This document shows, piece after piece, positions 31,026 to 42,812 of a stretch of DNA of 64,000 bases. The position numbers were made by a program, and so were the translations under genes. The notes below the pieces were generated by a model. It saw only the letters and a program-made list of their open reading frames with translations, was not told the DNA's origin and did no database searches. How positions within the stretch are numbered: the first letter of the stretch is position 1; each line of letters opens with the position of its first letter. Source of the stretch: an uncultured Mycoplasmatota bacterium (GTDB lineage Bacteria; Bacillota_I; Bacilli_A; RF39; UBA660); the NCBI GenBank assembly GCA_900546745.1, contig URDT01000003.1, positions 125 through 64,124 of the forward strand, in the 5' to 3' direction.

Positions 31026-31298
31026 ATGATTAAAATTATTAAGGAAAAAATAGAAATTGAAGAATCATTAGAATCAAGATTAAAGATCATATGTGATTTT
31101 TGTAATACTACTCCAACAATAATAAACGGAAGTATTAGAAGAGTAGAACATACAAATCTTACTTATATTGAACCACATAGAATAATTATTAATGATAACT
31201 TATATCTTGCTTTTAATTACTCAAATGAAATATATATTAATAATTTAGGTAAGAAGATAAAACTATCTGAACTTGAAAACTATATAAAACAAGCGTAG
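31026..31298 (+). CDS. 90-aa element-end protein, paralog 2
   Basis: By my alignment, about three quarters identical to paralog 3 and about one third to paralog 1. Start at MIKIIKEK behind a GGTTGG RBS. Confidence 0.7.
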   Translation: MIKIIKEKIEIEESLESRLKIICDFCNTTPTIINGSIRRVEHTNLTYIEPHRIIINDNLYLAFNYSNEIYINNLGKKIKLSELENYIKQA

Positions 31299-31301
31299 GT
31301 C

Positions 31302-31330
31302 TTGACTTTTAAAATAAAAACTATTATTAT
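31302..31330 (+). promoter_or_regulatory. promoter of the recombinase leader (copy 2)
   Basis: TTGACT-17 nt-TATTAT. Confidence 0.6.
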
Positions 31331-31387
31331 AAATAACCAATAAATGACAAGCAGTATCCGTCTTTTATTAGAAAGCGAGGTACATCT

Positions 31388-31462
31388 ATGGTCAAATACA
31401 TATTTCATTTAAATAAAATTAATAATAGAAATATAAGAGGAGTCAAGAGTATTACTTGTTAA
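31388..31462 (+). CDS. leader peptide uORF (24 codons), copy 2
   Basis: Same SD and first five codons as copy 1. MVKYIFHLNKINNRNIRGVKSITC. Stop lies 6 nt before the terminator 3' arm. Confidence 0.55.
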   Translation: MVKYIFHLNKINNRNIRGVKSITC

Positions 31463-31484
31463 TGCTTTTGTCTCCTCTTTTTTC
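31435..31484 (+). terminator. intrinsic terminator / attenuator (copy 2)
   Basis: Arms identical to copy 1, loop 21 nt instead of 24, followed by a T-run. Confidence 0.7.
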
Positions 31485-31503
31485 GTAGAAAAAGGAGTGA
31501 TAA

Positions 31504-33442
<1,939 letters not shown>

Positions 33443-33444
<2 letters not shown>

Positions 33445-33583
33445 TAAAATACATAGTATATTTGGCGATAAAGATGATAAATATAAAGAAATGGCTGATA
33501 ATTTGTTTATAAATGGAATTATGGACGAAAAAGACTATACAAGTGTTATTAATAAAAAAAATCGTGATGATTTTGAGAGATAA
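33443..33583 (+). pseudogene. relic of a MobV relaxase C-terminus (46 codons)
   Basis: DKIHSIFGDKDDKYKEMADNLFINGIMDEKDYTSVINKKNRDDFER aligns with the last about 50 aa of the 28703 relaxase and of ORF 34831-35652. Confidence 0.6.
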
Positions 33584-33632
33584 AAGTATAAATTGTGTTA
33601 TAATTATTTTATAAGAAAGAGGTTGATTTTTA

Positions 33633-34868
33633 ATGATTAATTTGACAATAAATGACCTAACACAAGAAAATATTCTTGAACATCTTAATAAAACTGAAAA
33701 ATTATTAAGTAAAGTTGCAACTAAATTATCAAATAGTGAAAAAACCGCAACTATATATGCTATGCCAGATTTAGGAATAGCACAAAATGGAACTAGAATG
33801 ATAGGTGGTTTTTATACGGGTGCTTGTTATACCTGGAACAGTGATATTCCATTTATTCCTGTAGATGCAACTGTTAATGTTTGTGGAACAGCAGTTTATA
33901 AGTTAAATAAAAATATTACTAATGAAGAATTTATTGAAAGACTTAATAATGTTATGAATAATAGAAATACTTATTTAGATTTTGTAAATAAGTATTTACC
34001 TAAGGATGTTTTAAATTCAATTGATGTGAATGATGCTTCAAAATTTTTTTGGAATTATAACAAGGGTAATCATTTTGTAATCTTTGCTGAATCTGATGGG
34101 AAATATGGTTTAGAAGAAGGACAATATATGATTGTTCATGCTTCCGCAATAGAATTAAAAAAAGATAACTTAAAATATGGTTTATATCCTGTAAAAGGTA
34201 ACTGGTTTTATGATGATATAAAAACAGAATATGACGATGAGCATAAAAGATACATTAGATATATAACGGGAGAAAAAGCAAAGAAATTCTATGATATAGC
34301 AACGTATTTAAAGGAATTTAATAAAATACGGAATAAGTATTTTTGCCAAATTGTTTTAGGAGATTTAATGGAAAAAGAATTAATTAATATAAGCCATTAT
34401 GGTATGCCTACCATAAATTCGGTATGTATAGGTTGTCAATGGGAACAATTAGACTATACTCTTTTAACTGCACCTGGTAATGATGTGTTTTTAGTGCATC
34501 CTGAAATAAATCCAAATAATAAAAATTATATAAATTTACATGGTAAAAATATAACTTTAACACCGCATGGTTGCGGAGTAAGAATGAATAATCCAGAGGA
34601 TAAAATTGAATATTTTGATGGAGGACTAAGAATAGGTGACAATGTTTACATAATAGATGAAAGTGTAAATATAGGTGTAGATGTCTCTGTCAGAACAAAG
34701 AATATGACAAACGAAGAACTAGATAACCATATAAATAATATATTATCAAAATGTCCAGGAGAAATTTATGGACGATTAAGCCAAAAATTTGCAAGAACTA
34801 AATATGGTGATTTTAATTATAAAGAGGAATATGAAAATGCCAATAATAACATTTATAAGACACGCTGA
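33633..34868 (+). CDS. divergent RtcB-like protein (tentative)
   Basis: 411 aa with collinear RtcB-like motifs: AMPD, VDATVNVCGT, KGNHFVIF, MIVHAS, NISHYG, TPHGCGVR. Confidence 0.35.
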   Translation: MINLTINDLTQENILEHLNKTEKLLSKVATKLSNSEKTATIYAMPDLGIAQNGTRMIGGFYTGACYTWNSDIPFIPVDATVNVCGTAVYKLNKNITNEEFIERLNNVMNNRNTYLDFVNKYLPKDVLNSIDVNDASKFFWNYNKGNHFVIFAESDGKYGLEEGQYMIVHASAIELKKDNLKYGLYPVKGNWFYDDIKTEYDDEHKRYIRYITGEKAKKFYDIATYLKEFNKIRNKYFCQIVLGDLMEKELINISHYGMPTINSVCIGCQWEQLDYTLLTAPGNDVFLVHPEINPNNKNYINLHGKNITLTPHGCGVRMNNPEDKIEYFDGGLRIGDNVYIIDESVNIGVDVSVRTKNMTNEELDNHINNILSKCPGEIYGRLSQKFARTKYGDFNYKEEYENANNNIYKTR

Positions 34869-35652
34869 AACGGTTTATAATGATAATAAAATTTTTGCAG
34901 GTAGAATTGATTGCGAATTATCAAAAAAAGGAATACAAGATAAAATGAGAGTGTATTGTATTAATTCGTTCAATAGAATTTATCATTTAAACTACACTCT
35001 TAAAATAAAAGAAGAAGGAAGAAATGTTGATATTAATGTTGCAAATATGAATGAATATAAAAAGTTCAAACGAGAACAAGAAAAATATAAAAAGCAGCTT
35101 AAAGAATTAAATAATAAAACAGATGAATTACAGAATAAATCAAACGAAGTTAATGATATTATTGATAATCTAAAACCTACAATAATGAATAAAAACAACT
35201 TCAATATCTCTAATGAAGATATAGATAAAATTAAAAAATATATAGAACAGACTAATGATACTACTTCTAATTTAAGAGATGCAAATGATATAAATATAGT
35301 CTTAAAAAAATATGAAGATGATTTAAGAGAACATTCTAACGAAGTTAGAAACTTGAAAAAGAAGATAAAAACTCGTGATGATAGAATTGAAGAATTAGAA
35401 TATGACTTAAATGATGCAAATGAAACTATTGATGAATTAGAAGATAAAGTATCTAAATTAGAAGAAACATTAAAATATTTTAAAGAACTATGGAGCAAGT
35501 TTATTAAATTCTTACAAGATAAACTCTTCTATTCAAATAAGTATGATGATTTCATAAACGATTTATATAATGAAGATATAATTGATGATAGTGAGATAAA
35601 TATAATACAAAATAATTCTAAAAGTAAAGATGATTTTGAGAGAGATTTATAG
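34831..35652 (+). pseudogene. chimeric ORF: N-terminal about 35 aa of a histidine phosphatase fused to the C-terminal about 235 aa of a MobV relaxase
   Basis: MPIITFIRHAETVYN (RHxE motif) then, from about 34948, CINSFNRIYHLNYTLKIKEEGRNVD..., collinear with CINDFNKLFNLDKELKEKEKGRNED... of the intact relaxase. The relaxase catalytic domain is absent. Confidence 0.65.
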
Positions 35653-35726
35653 TAAACCATATCTAAATATAAGAAAATTTGTTATAATATTAATTAAGAA
35701 GAAAACTACTTATGGAGGTAATTAGT

Positions 35727-36215
35727 ATGGACTACAACATATCAAAAGCAAAAATAGAAGATCTAGATGCTATTCACAAATTAATATATGATAGCTGTTT
35801 ATGGTTTTCAGAAAAAGGAGTTAAATGATGGAATGTAGATTTCTACCCTAATAAATATGAAAAAAGTTATTTTATAGAGCAAATGAAAATAAATAAATTA
35901 TTTGTTGCAAAATTTAATAATAAAATATGTGGTGTTATGCTTTTAAAAGACAAAGATAAGGATTATTGGAATAATGATGATTCTTCTTATTATATTCATC
36001 ATTTAGCAACAGATATTAATTTAAAAGGTGTTGGCAAGACATTGATTAATTATGCAATTGAACAATGTAAAATAAATAATAAAATGTATTTAAGACTTGA
36101 TTGTTATCAAGAAAGTAAATTTCTTAATGAGCATTATGAGAAATTGGGCTTCAATATGGTTGGAAGTGGAACAGATGAAAATTATAATTTTAATTTATGG
36201 GAGATGAAAATATAA
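35727..36215 (+). pseudogene. GNAT acetyltransferase with an in-frame TGA at codon 34
   Basis: ATG at 35727 behind a GGAGG RBS, in frame with track ORF 35883-36215. TGA at 35826-35828 within ...SEKGVK*WNVDFYP. Confidence 0.65.
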
Positions 36216-36216
36216 T

Positions 36217-36783
36217 ATGAATACAATAGAATCAATAGAAAATAGAAGAAGTATTAGACTTTTTAAGAGTGATAATATCTCAAAAGAAATAGTTGAAGAT
36301 ATATTAAATTGTGGAAGGCTCGCTCCATCTGCAAAAAATAGACAACCATGGTATTTTGTAGTAACAAAAGGTAAAGTAAAAGATAAAATAGCAGATATGA
36401 TGATTGAGTATACTATAAATAATGATGATACCATTGAGAGAAAAAATTTAGGTTGTGCAAGTAGTGTTAATCCAACTGCAAATGTAATAAAACAAGCACC
36501 AATATTAGTTTTAATATTTAGAGAAAAAAACGATAATTGGATTATAGGAGATAATTTATCAATAGGTGCTTGTGTAGAAAATATGTGTTTAAGAGCAACA
36601 GAATTAGAAATAGGCACTTTATGGATTAGAGATACTGTATATGTTACAGAAGATGTGGCTAAAATGTTGAATCACGAAAATATGGAATTAAATTGCGCTT
36701 TAGCAATTGGATATGCAAATCAAAGTCCTAAACAAAGACCTAGAAAAGAATTAAAAGATATTGTGGAGTGGTATGATGAATAA
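36217..36783 (+). CDS. nitroreductase family protein
   Basis: RRSIRLF and APSAKNRQPW motifs. Confidence 0.8.
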   Translation: MNTIESIENRRSIRLFKSDNISKEIVEDILNCGRLAPSAKNRQPWYFVVTKGKVKDKIADMMIEYTINNDDTIERKNLGCASSVNPTANVIKQAPILVLIFREKNDNWIIGDNLSIGACVENMCLRATELEIGTLWIRDTVYVTEDVAKMLNHENMELNCALAIGYANQSPKQRPRKELKDIVEWYDE

Positions 36784-37666
36784 CAAAATATTAGATTTTT
36801 ACAAACAAACAAGTTTATATACAGATTTAGGATTATATAAAGAATTTGCTAAACAACTAACTAATGATATAGATGAGTTATGTGTACTTCAAAGAATGCA
36901 AATTATACATCCTATTGCATATAGTGATTTAGATATAAGAAAGCAAAGTAAATGTTTTTGGGGAGATATGACAAAGGTTCCAATTACAAGATTAGATTAT
37001 GAAGATGACTTGTTTCCTACTGCTTCAAGTATGTTGCATGAACTATTAAGAAAAAATAATGAATATCGTGTTGATAGAAAAGCAGAAGATAAAATTCATG
37101 TTACTTGTAGAGGTCAAGCAATATTATTAGCAAGTATATTAAAAGCAAAGGGATATTCTGCAAGAGTTAGAAGTGGATTTGCACCATATATCAAATATGA
37201 TGGTGTTAATTATGACCATTGGATTACTGAGTATTTTGATGAAAATAAGAATAGATGGGTTTTGGTAGATGCTGATGAACATTGTCCAGACCATGAAATG
37301 GGATTTGATTTAAACGATATACCAAGAGATAAATTTATTTTTGGCGCTGAAGCATATTTAGGAATGAGAAACAATAAGTATAAAACAGAAGAAATATATT
37401 ATGCTTCAGATCCTGCAACTTTAGGTTTAAAAGCAAGTATTCGTGGATTGTTTTACGATTTCCATTCGCTTATGAATGATGAAATAATATTTTTACATTT
37501 ACCAAAATATATTCAAGATAAAAAATTTGAGTTAAGTGAAGAAGAATATATAGAATTAGATAAATTGGCAGAATTATTATTAGAGCCAGATAAAAACTTT
37601 GATAAAATATTAGATATTTGGAATAAAGAACCTAAATTTAGAATAATGTCAGGTGCCTTAAACTAA
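36773..37666 (+). CDS. transglutaminase-like (Cys-His-Asp) domain protein
   Basis: TCRGQAILLASILKAKGYSARVRSGF (Cys), YDHWITEYF (His), WVLVDAD (Asp). Confidence 0.65.
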   Translation: MMNNKILDFYKQTSLYTDLGLYKEFAKQLTNDIDELCVLQRMQIIHPIAYSDLDIRKQSKCFWGDMTKVPITRLDYEDDLFPTASSMLHELLRKNNEYRVDRKAEDKIHVTCRGQAILLASILKAKGYSARVRSGFAPYIKYDGVNYDHWITEYFDENKNRWVLVDADEHCPDHEMGFDLNDIPRDKFIFGAEAYLGMRNNKYKTEEIYYASDPATLGLKASIRGLFYDFHSLMNDEIIFLHLPKYIQDKKFELSEEEYIELDKLAELLLEPDKNFDKILDIWNKEPKFRIMSGALN

Positions 37667-38408
37667 TAATTTTTGATAAAATGTATTTGATTATTTATAA
37701 AAGTAGCATGAATTTATTGCTGCTTTTTTCATATTTTGCTAAACTATATGTAGTGATTGATTCTTATATCAATTATTGTATTAAAAGTTGTAGATAACTA
37801 TGACAATAGCACCAAATTGATACTAAACTCCAACTACAAAAGTTCGAGCTTCTAAATACCTAAATTTATGATACAATATTTCTAAATTTGAATGGTGGTT
37901 ATGGTAATGAAATTATTAGGAGAAGATTTAGAAAGGATAAATTTCTTATACAAAAATTTATTAGAGTTATTAAAACAAAAATTTATACTAAATAATAATT
38001 TAAATCTTAAAAATGCTTTAGAATTTATTAATTACTTTTAAAACTACTTTATTACTTCTAGAAGGATATTACTGAGACATAGTGTCATATTTTAATACTA
38101 AATCATGTTATACTAAGAAAGTAGTATTGTTTTTGAAATCTAATTGAATAATCAATTACAATGTGATACTATGAATTTTGATATTCATCGTGAAAATAGA
38201 AGAGTTTAGGTTCTATTTATAAGATTACTTTTATAGAAGAAAATCTTTATCTGAATATGAGTAAGATAAAGTAAAAATAAAAAAATATAATCAGAATTTA
38301 AGAATAGATAATTATTCTACTTTTTTCATCGGAAAGTAGTTTTATATACTTGTATATGATTAAGTAAATAGAATAATTTTAAAAAAAGTAGTAAGACCTT
38401 TTTAAATA

Positions 38409-39176
38409 TTATTTTTTTAAAATTTTTATTTTATTATTTGTAGATAAATTTTTTGCTATAAAAGAATAAAAACTATCTTCTTCTAAGTTTCCTAAATTGT
38501 AATGATCCATATCTATGTAGCTACCGTCACCTTGTGTTGTAATGTCACCTTTTGAAGTGATATAAAAATAATTGAAAAATAAATAAGAATTGGAATCTAA
38601 TTTTTCTATTTCGATAGTTTTATTTTCAAAATTAAAGTATTTTCCAAAATAAAAATTTTCTTTTGCTTTACCACTAAGAATGATTTCATCTTCTAATTCA
38701 TCTAGCGTACCTGTTTTTTGAAAATTAATTTTGTCAGAGAGATATTTATATTTTTCTATTATTTTGGGATCATAATTATGAAACTGATCATTGGAAAATA
38801 TGATTCCAACAGAATTACTAATATCATTACTTTGATATAACTCGGGAAATTTTTTAAGACAATACTCTTGGTACTTTAAAAGATTGGAGATTAATTTCTC
38901 ATCATATATTGTTGCATTTGTATTGAATCCAATTGAAAAAACAAAAAGATTTTCTTCTATAATTTTATTGATGGCATATATAATTGCTTGAGTGTTGAGT
39001 AATGGCTCTCCACCACTGAAAAAGAGTTTATAGATATAATGATTACACTTTAATAATAAATCGATGTATCTATAATCAATATCAATATTTTGACAATCTC
39101 CTCGCATACAATGTTTACAGTTTAAATTACAACGTCTTGTGACTTCAATAGTAATATTTTTTAAAATTATGTTCAT
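38409..39176 (-). CDS. short radical SAM protein (no SPASM or auxiliary-cluster Cys motifs seen)
   Basis: CNLNCKHC (CxxxCxxC) near the N-terminus and FFSGGEPLL. Start at MNIILKN behind an AAGAGG RBS. Confidence 0.75.
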   Translation of the reverse strand: MNIILKNITIEVTRRCNLNCKHCMRGDCQNIDIDYRYIDLLLKCNHYIYKLFFSGGEPLLNTQAIIYAINKIIEENLFVFSIGFNTNATIYDEKLISNLLKYQEYCLKKFPELYQSNDISNSVGIIFSNDQFHNYDPKIIEKYKYLSDKINFQKTGTLDELEDEIILSGKAKENFYFGKYFNFENKTIEIEKLDSNSYLFFNYFYITSKGDITTQGDGSYIDMDHYNLGNLEEDSFYSFIAKNLSTNNKIKILKK

Positions 39177-39390
39177 ATTAAAACCTCTTTGGTTATGATA
39201 ACAAAAACAAGACATAAAATCAATTGTAGATAATTAATTTATAGTGACTTTATAGTTAAAAATTGATATAATGAACACATAGATAATCATATAAATAATA
39301 ATTTAAATAATAATTAACTTTTAATAAAGTTTCAATTGTTTAAGAGGTAAAATTATTTATTATGGGATAATAAAAGAGGAGATTACAAAT

Positions 39391-40203
39391 ATGAAAGATT
39401 GTCATGTACACACAAATATCAGTCACGATGGAATATCATCAATAAAAGATTATTTAGATATTGCTCAATCTAAAAATGTAGATGAGATAACATTTACAGA
39501 ACATTATGATATATATGATGGATTAAAAACAAATCTAAAAACGTTAGATGTGAATCAATATGAAAAAGAATATTATCAGTGTAAAGATGATGATCAGTTA
39601 AAAACTAATTTTGGTATCGAAATTGGATTACAACCTGATACTTACACTCAAATTAACAATATGGTAAAATCTCATCATTTCGATTTTATAATTGGTTCAT
39701 CTCATATTACTTGTAAAAAGGATATTGCTATGGATAAAAGTTTTTTTGATGGTATTACAAGGAGAGAAGCATATTTAAAATATTTTAGAGAAGTTTTACA
39801 AAATATAAAATTATATAATGATGAATTTGATGTTTATGGACATATCGATTATATAGTAAGATATGGTGGATATGCTGAAAAGAAAATAGATTATGATGAA
39901 TTTCAAGAAATATTGGATGAAATTTTAATTCAATTAATAAAAAAAGATAAAGGAATAGAAATAAATACCTCAGGTATTAGATACGGATTAGGAATGCCTC
40001 ATCCAAATAAAGAAATTATCAAAAGATATAAACAATTAGGAGGAAAAATTATTACAATGGGCTCTGATGCTCATAAAATTAATGATTTAGGAGCAGACTT
40101 TGATGTCGCAGGTTCTATTTTAATGGATGCCGGTTTTCAAGAAATATCAGTATTTCATAATAGAACTCCTGATTTTGTTAAAATAAAAGAACTTGTTAAG
40201 TAA
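39391..40203 (+). CDS. PHP-family histidinol-phosphatase-like protein (HisJ type)
   Basis: CHVHTNISHDG N-terminal HxH motif, later His/Asp motifs (GSSH, GHIDY, GSDAH), about 270 aa. Confidence 0.75.
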   Translation: MKDCHVHTNISHDGISSIKDYLDIAQSKNVDEITFTEHYDIYDGLKTNLKTLDVNQYEKEYYQCKDDDQLKTNFGIEIGLQPDTYTQINNMVKSHHFDFIIGSSHITCKKDIAMDKSFFDGITRREAYLKYFREVLQNIKLYNDEFDVYGHIDYIVRYGGYAEKKIDYDEFQEILDEILIQLIKKDKGIEINTSGIRYGLGMPHPNKEIIKRYKQLGGKIITMGSDAHKINDLGADFDVAGSILMDAGFQEISVFHNRTPDFVKIKELVK

Positions 40204-40295
40204 AAAATTAGTATAGGTCTAACTAAATATTCAAATTCTGTCTAAAACATATTTGAAATATTTTGAATACGATATATAATGTGTTAGGTGGTTAT

Positions 40296-40787
40296 ATGAA
40301 TCAAAAATTAAATTTTGAAAAGGCAGAAATTAGGGATTTAGATGAAATATTAAACTTATATTTAGAAAGATCCAATTGGTTTAAGGAAAATCAGATTAAA
40401 CAATGGAGCAATTATTTGAAAAGTCATCCTGTAGCCGATTTTGAAAAAGCAATTCGTACACAAAATTATTATGTTATGCGTGATCATGGAACGATTATAG
40501 CTGGGTTTGAACTATCAACAGATAGTAAACTTTGGAAAGAGAAATCAGAAGATGTTTACTATATTCGTAAAGTCGTTACAAAAGTAGGATATAAAAATAT
40601 AGGTTCTCTTATTTTTGATAAATGTAAGGAAATTGCTGCATCAAATAATAAACATTATTTAAGATTAGAGTGTATCAAATCCAACAACAAATTAAATGAA
40701 ATTTATGAAAATTATAATTTTAAGTGGATTCGTTATTGTAATGATGGATTATGCCATTTTTCATTACGAGAATTAAAGATTAATTAG
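40296..40787 (+). CDS. GNAT family N-acetyltransferase
   Basis: RKVVTKVGYKNIGSLIFDKCKEIA acetyl-CoA-binding-like segment. Similar N-terminus to the 35727 GNAT. Confidence 0.7.
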   Translation: MNQKLNFEKAEIRDLDEILNLYLERSNWFKENQIKQWSNYLKSHPVADFEKAIRTQNYYVMRDHGTIIAGFELSTDSKLWKEKSEDVYYIRKVVTKVGYKNIGSLIFDKCKEIAASNNKHYLRLECIKSNNKLNEIYENYNFKWIRYCNDGLCHFSLRELKIN

Positions 40788-40814
40788 TAAAAAATTATCG
40801 TAAGTAATTATAAA

Positions 40815-41595
40815 TTGAAAAAAGTAAGTGTCCGTTTAGGACATAAAAAAGACACATAGATTTACCTATGGTACAATGTAAGTGCGAACTAAACATTGGA
40901 GGTGATAAATATGTGTCTTTTAAATTATAACAAAGAAAACAAAAAATATAAACATTTAACTTATACAGAAAGAACAATGATAGAAAGATGGTATAACAGA
41001 GAACATTTGAGTAGTAAAGAAATTGCCCAAAGATTAGATAAAAGTGAGAGGACTATTAGAAGAGAGCTTAAGCGTGGTCTAACAACTATTTTAAATACTT
41101 ATTTAGAAGAAATAGAGGAAGTGTGCTTTTGACTTTTACAGAAAGAATGACACGAGAAGAAATAATTATAAAAATAAAAGGAAAAAATAATGAGTATGTA
41201 GTCAAAGCAATAAATGGTCTTGAAAGAAAACATGAAAAGTCATTTTATAGTAAATTTAAAACAATAACATTTGATAATGGAGTGGAATTTATGGATTATA
41301 AAGGAATTGAACAATCTTGTTTAAAAAAAGGAAAAAGAACAAAAGTATATTATGCACATCCATATTGTTCAGGAGAAAGAGGTAGTAATGAAAATAACAA
41401 TAGAATGATTAGAAGATGGATTCCAAAAGGAACGATAATAGATAATATAACAACTAAACATATTAAAGAGATAGAGAATTGGTTAAATAATTATCCAAGA
41501 GCGATGTTTGATTATAAAAGTTCAAATATGTTATTATATAAATATATAAAAAACTTGCATTTTAGGTAATGAAATGTGTGGACACTTAATATTTC
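40815..41595 (+). mobile_element. IS30-family element relic with an internal deletion
   Basis: Terminal inverted repeat core TAAGTGTCC (40825-40833 and complement of 41580-41588). Encloses transposase fragments only. Confidence 0.6.
40911..41569 (+). pseudogene. IS30 transposase fragments (HTH N-terminus plus C-terminal part of the DDE domain)
   Basis: LTYTERTMIERWY...SERTIRRELKRG (HTH), then TFDNGVEF and ERGSNENNNRMIRRWIPKG. The region holding the first catalytic Asp is missing. Two overlapping frames. Confidence 0.7.
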
Positions 41596-41688
41596 CATTT
41601 ATATTTTTAATTATTTAAACTAATAACTATTGAAAAAAATATAAAAAAAGAGTATTATAATAAACTAACTAAAAAGGAGTGAAAAAAT

Positions 41689-42588
41689 ATGATTATACCA
41701 CAAGGATATGAATACAATCATGATAAAGAAATATCTAATGAAGAATATGAAGTAATTAATAAATTTTTAGAATTTTATAGAAATAAACCTGTTATTGTTG
41801 CTGATGAATATAGGCAAGATTTTGATATGGTTCCATTAGAAGAAGAAAAAATAATTTTTAAAACTGATGATGATGTATTCAAATGTGTCGATTTTTGTAG
41901 AAAAATTTATTATAAAAATAAACCTTATATAATAGAATTAGGATTATGGCGTATAAGTCATAATGAAACAGAGCCAAAATGTTTACAAATTAATAAGTTT
42001 AAAATTATTACTAAAGGTAAAGTTCATTTCATTGATTTGAATTTAGATAATTGTTCAAATAGAAGAATTCTATTTAATATTATGAGTATTTTTGATGAAA
42101 CGAAGATAATTTCTCCAGAACAGGCTTATTGTAACAAAATGTATACAAACAAAGTATTACAAGATTTTTTAACAAATCATGAGTGGGAAAATATTGATAA
42201 AGGAATTCAACAAATGCCTTCATTAGCGAATGCTTTATTTATTATAAGAGATGGATATGAAACATGCAGTCATTACACAGCGGATTTTGCTACAATATTG
42301 TATCAATTAATTGATTTTAGAACACATAATTTAGGTAGTTTAATTAAGGATGAAAAAGATTTAAATGAGTTAGATAAATTAATATTAAAATTAAGTAGAA
42401 CAAGTTTATTGAAGGTCCAATTACATGAACAAACAAGTGGGATTAAATCTTATCCAACTAGATCAATATTATTAGATTATAATTATTATGACGGAAGGAT
42501 GCATAAATCAACGCAATATAATGTAGATAATACAGAATTATCAACTGAAAATGGTATTTTGAAAAAACTAGTTAAAAATAATAAATGA
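41689..42588 (+). CDS. hypothetical cargo protein
   Basis: 299-aa ORF behind an AAGGAG RBS. No motif recognised. Confidence 0.55.
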   Translation: MIIPQGYEYNHDKEISNEEYEVINKFLEFYRNKPVIVADEYRQDFDMVPLEEEKIIFKTDDDVFKCVDFCRKIYYKNKPYIIELGLWRISHNETEPKCLQINKFKIITKGKVHFIDLNLDNCSNRRILFNIMSIFDETKIISPEQAYCNKMYTNKVLQDFLTNHEWENIDKGIQQMPSLANALFIIRDGYETCSHYTADFATILYQLIDFRTHNLGSLIKDEKDLNELDKLILKLSRTSLLKVQLHEQTSGIKSYPTRSILLDYNYYDGRMHKSTQYNVDNTELSTENGILKKLVKNNK

Positions 42589-42606
42589 AAATTGTGGTAA
42601 TATATA

Positions 42607-42635
42607 TTGCTACTTTTTTTATGTTCTAGTATAAT
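42607..42635 (+). promoter_or_regulatory. outward-facing promoter at the right end of element 2
   Basis: TTGCTA-17 nt-TATAAT, ending 6 nt before the conserved AGTTAGTAAG, the same spacing as copy B. Confidence 0.45.
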
Positions 42636-42641
42636 GTAATT

Positions 42642-42778
42642 AGTTAGTAAGTTTATTACTTACTATCATCTTTTTGCTTAGGAGTTGTTTGACCTGCTCC
42701 TTACTGGCACCATTGACGAATCTGTTCGAACTATTCGAGTTTTTATATATGAATCAATCATTTCTGATTGATTTTTTT
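42642..42778 (+). ncRNA. candidate about 135-nt RNA spanning the attP-like junction (copy C)
   Basis: Hairpins AGTAAG/CTTACT, AGGAG/CTCCT, GTTCGAA/TTCGAG, and terminator AATCAATCA-TTTC-TGATTGATT plus T-run. Confidence 0.4.
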
Positions 42779-42812
42779 GTTGTATTAGAAAAATCATAGA
42801 AAGGATTTGTCT

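Noticed and set aside
34992-35498. 168-aa ORF antisense to the relaxase coiled-coil relic (likewise 36195-36617 antisense to the nitroreductase, and 29140-29361 and 32598-32804)
   Set aside because: These have a low-complexity Ser/Phe/Leu composition mirroring Lys/Glu/Asn-rich sense frames, no RBS, and sense strands with recognisable homology.
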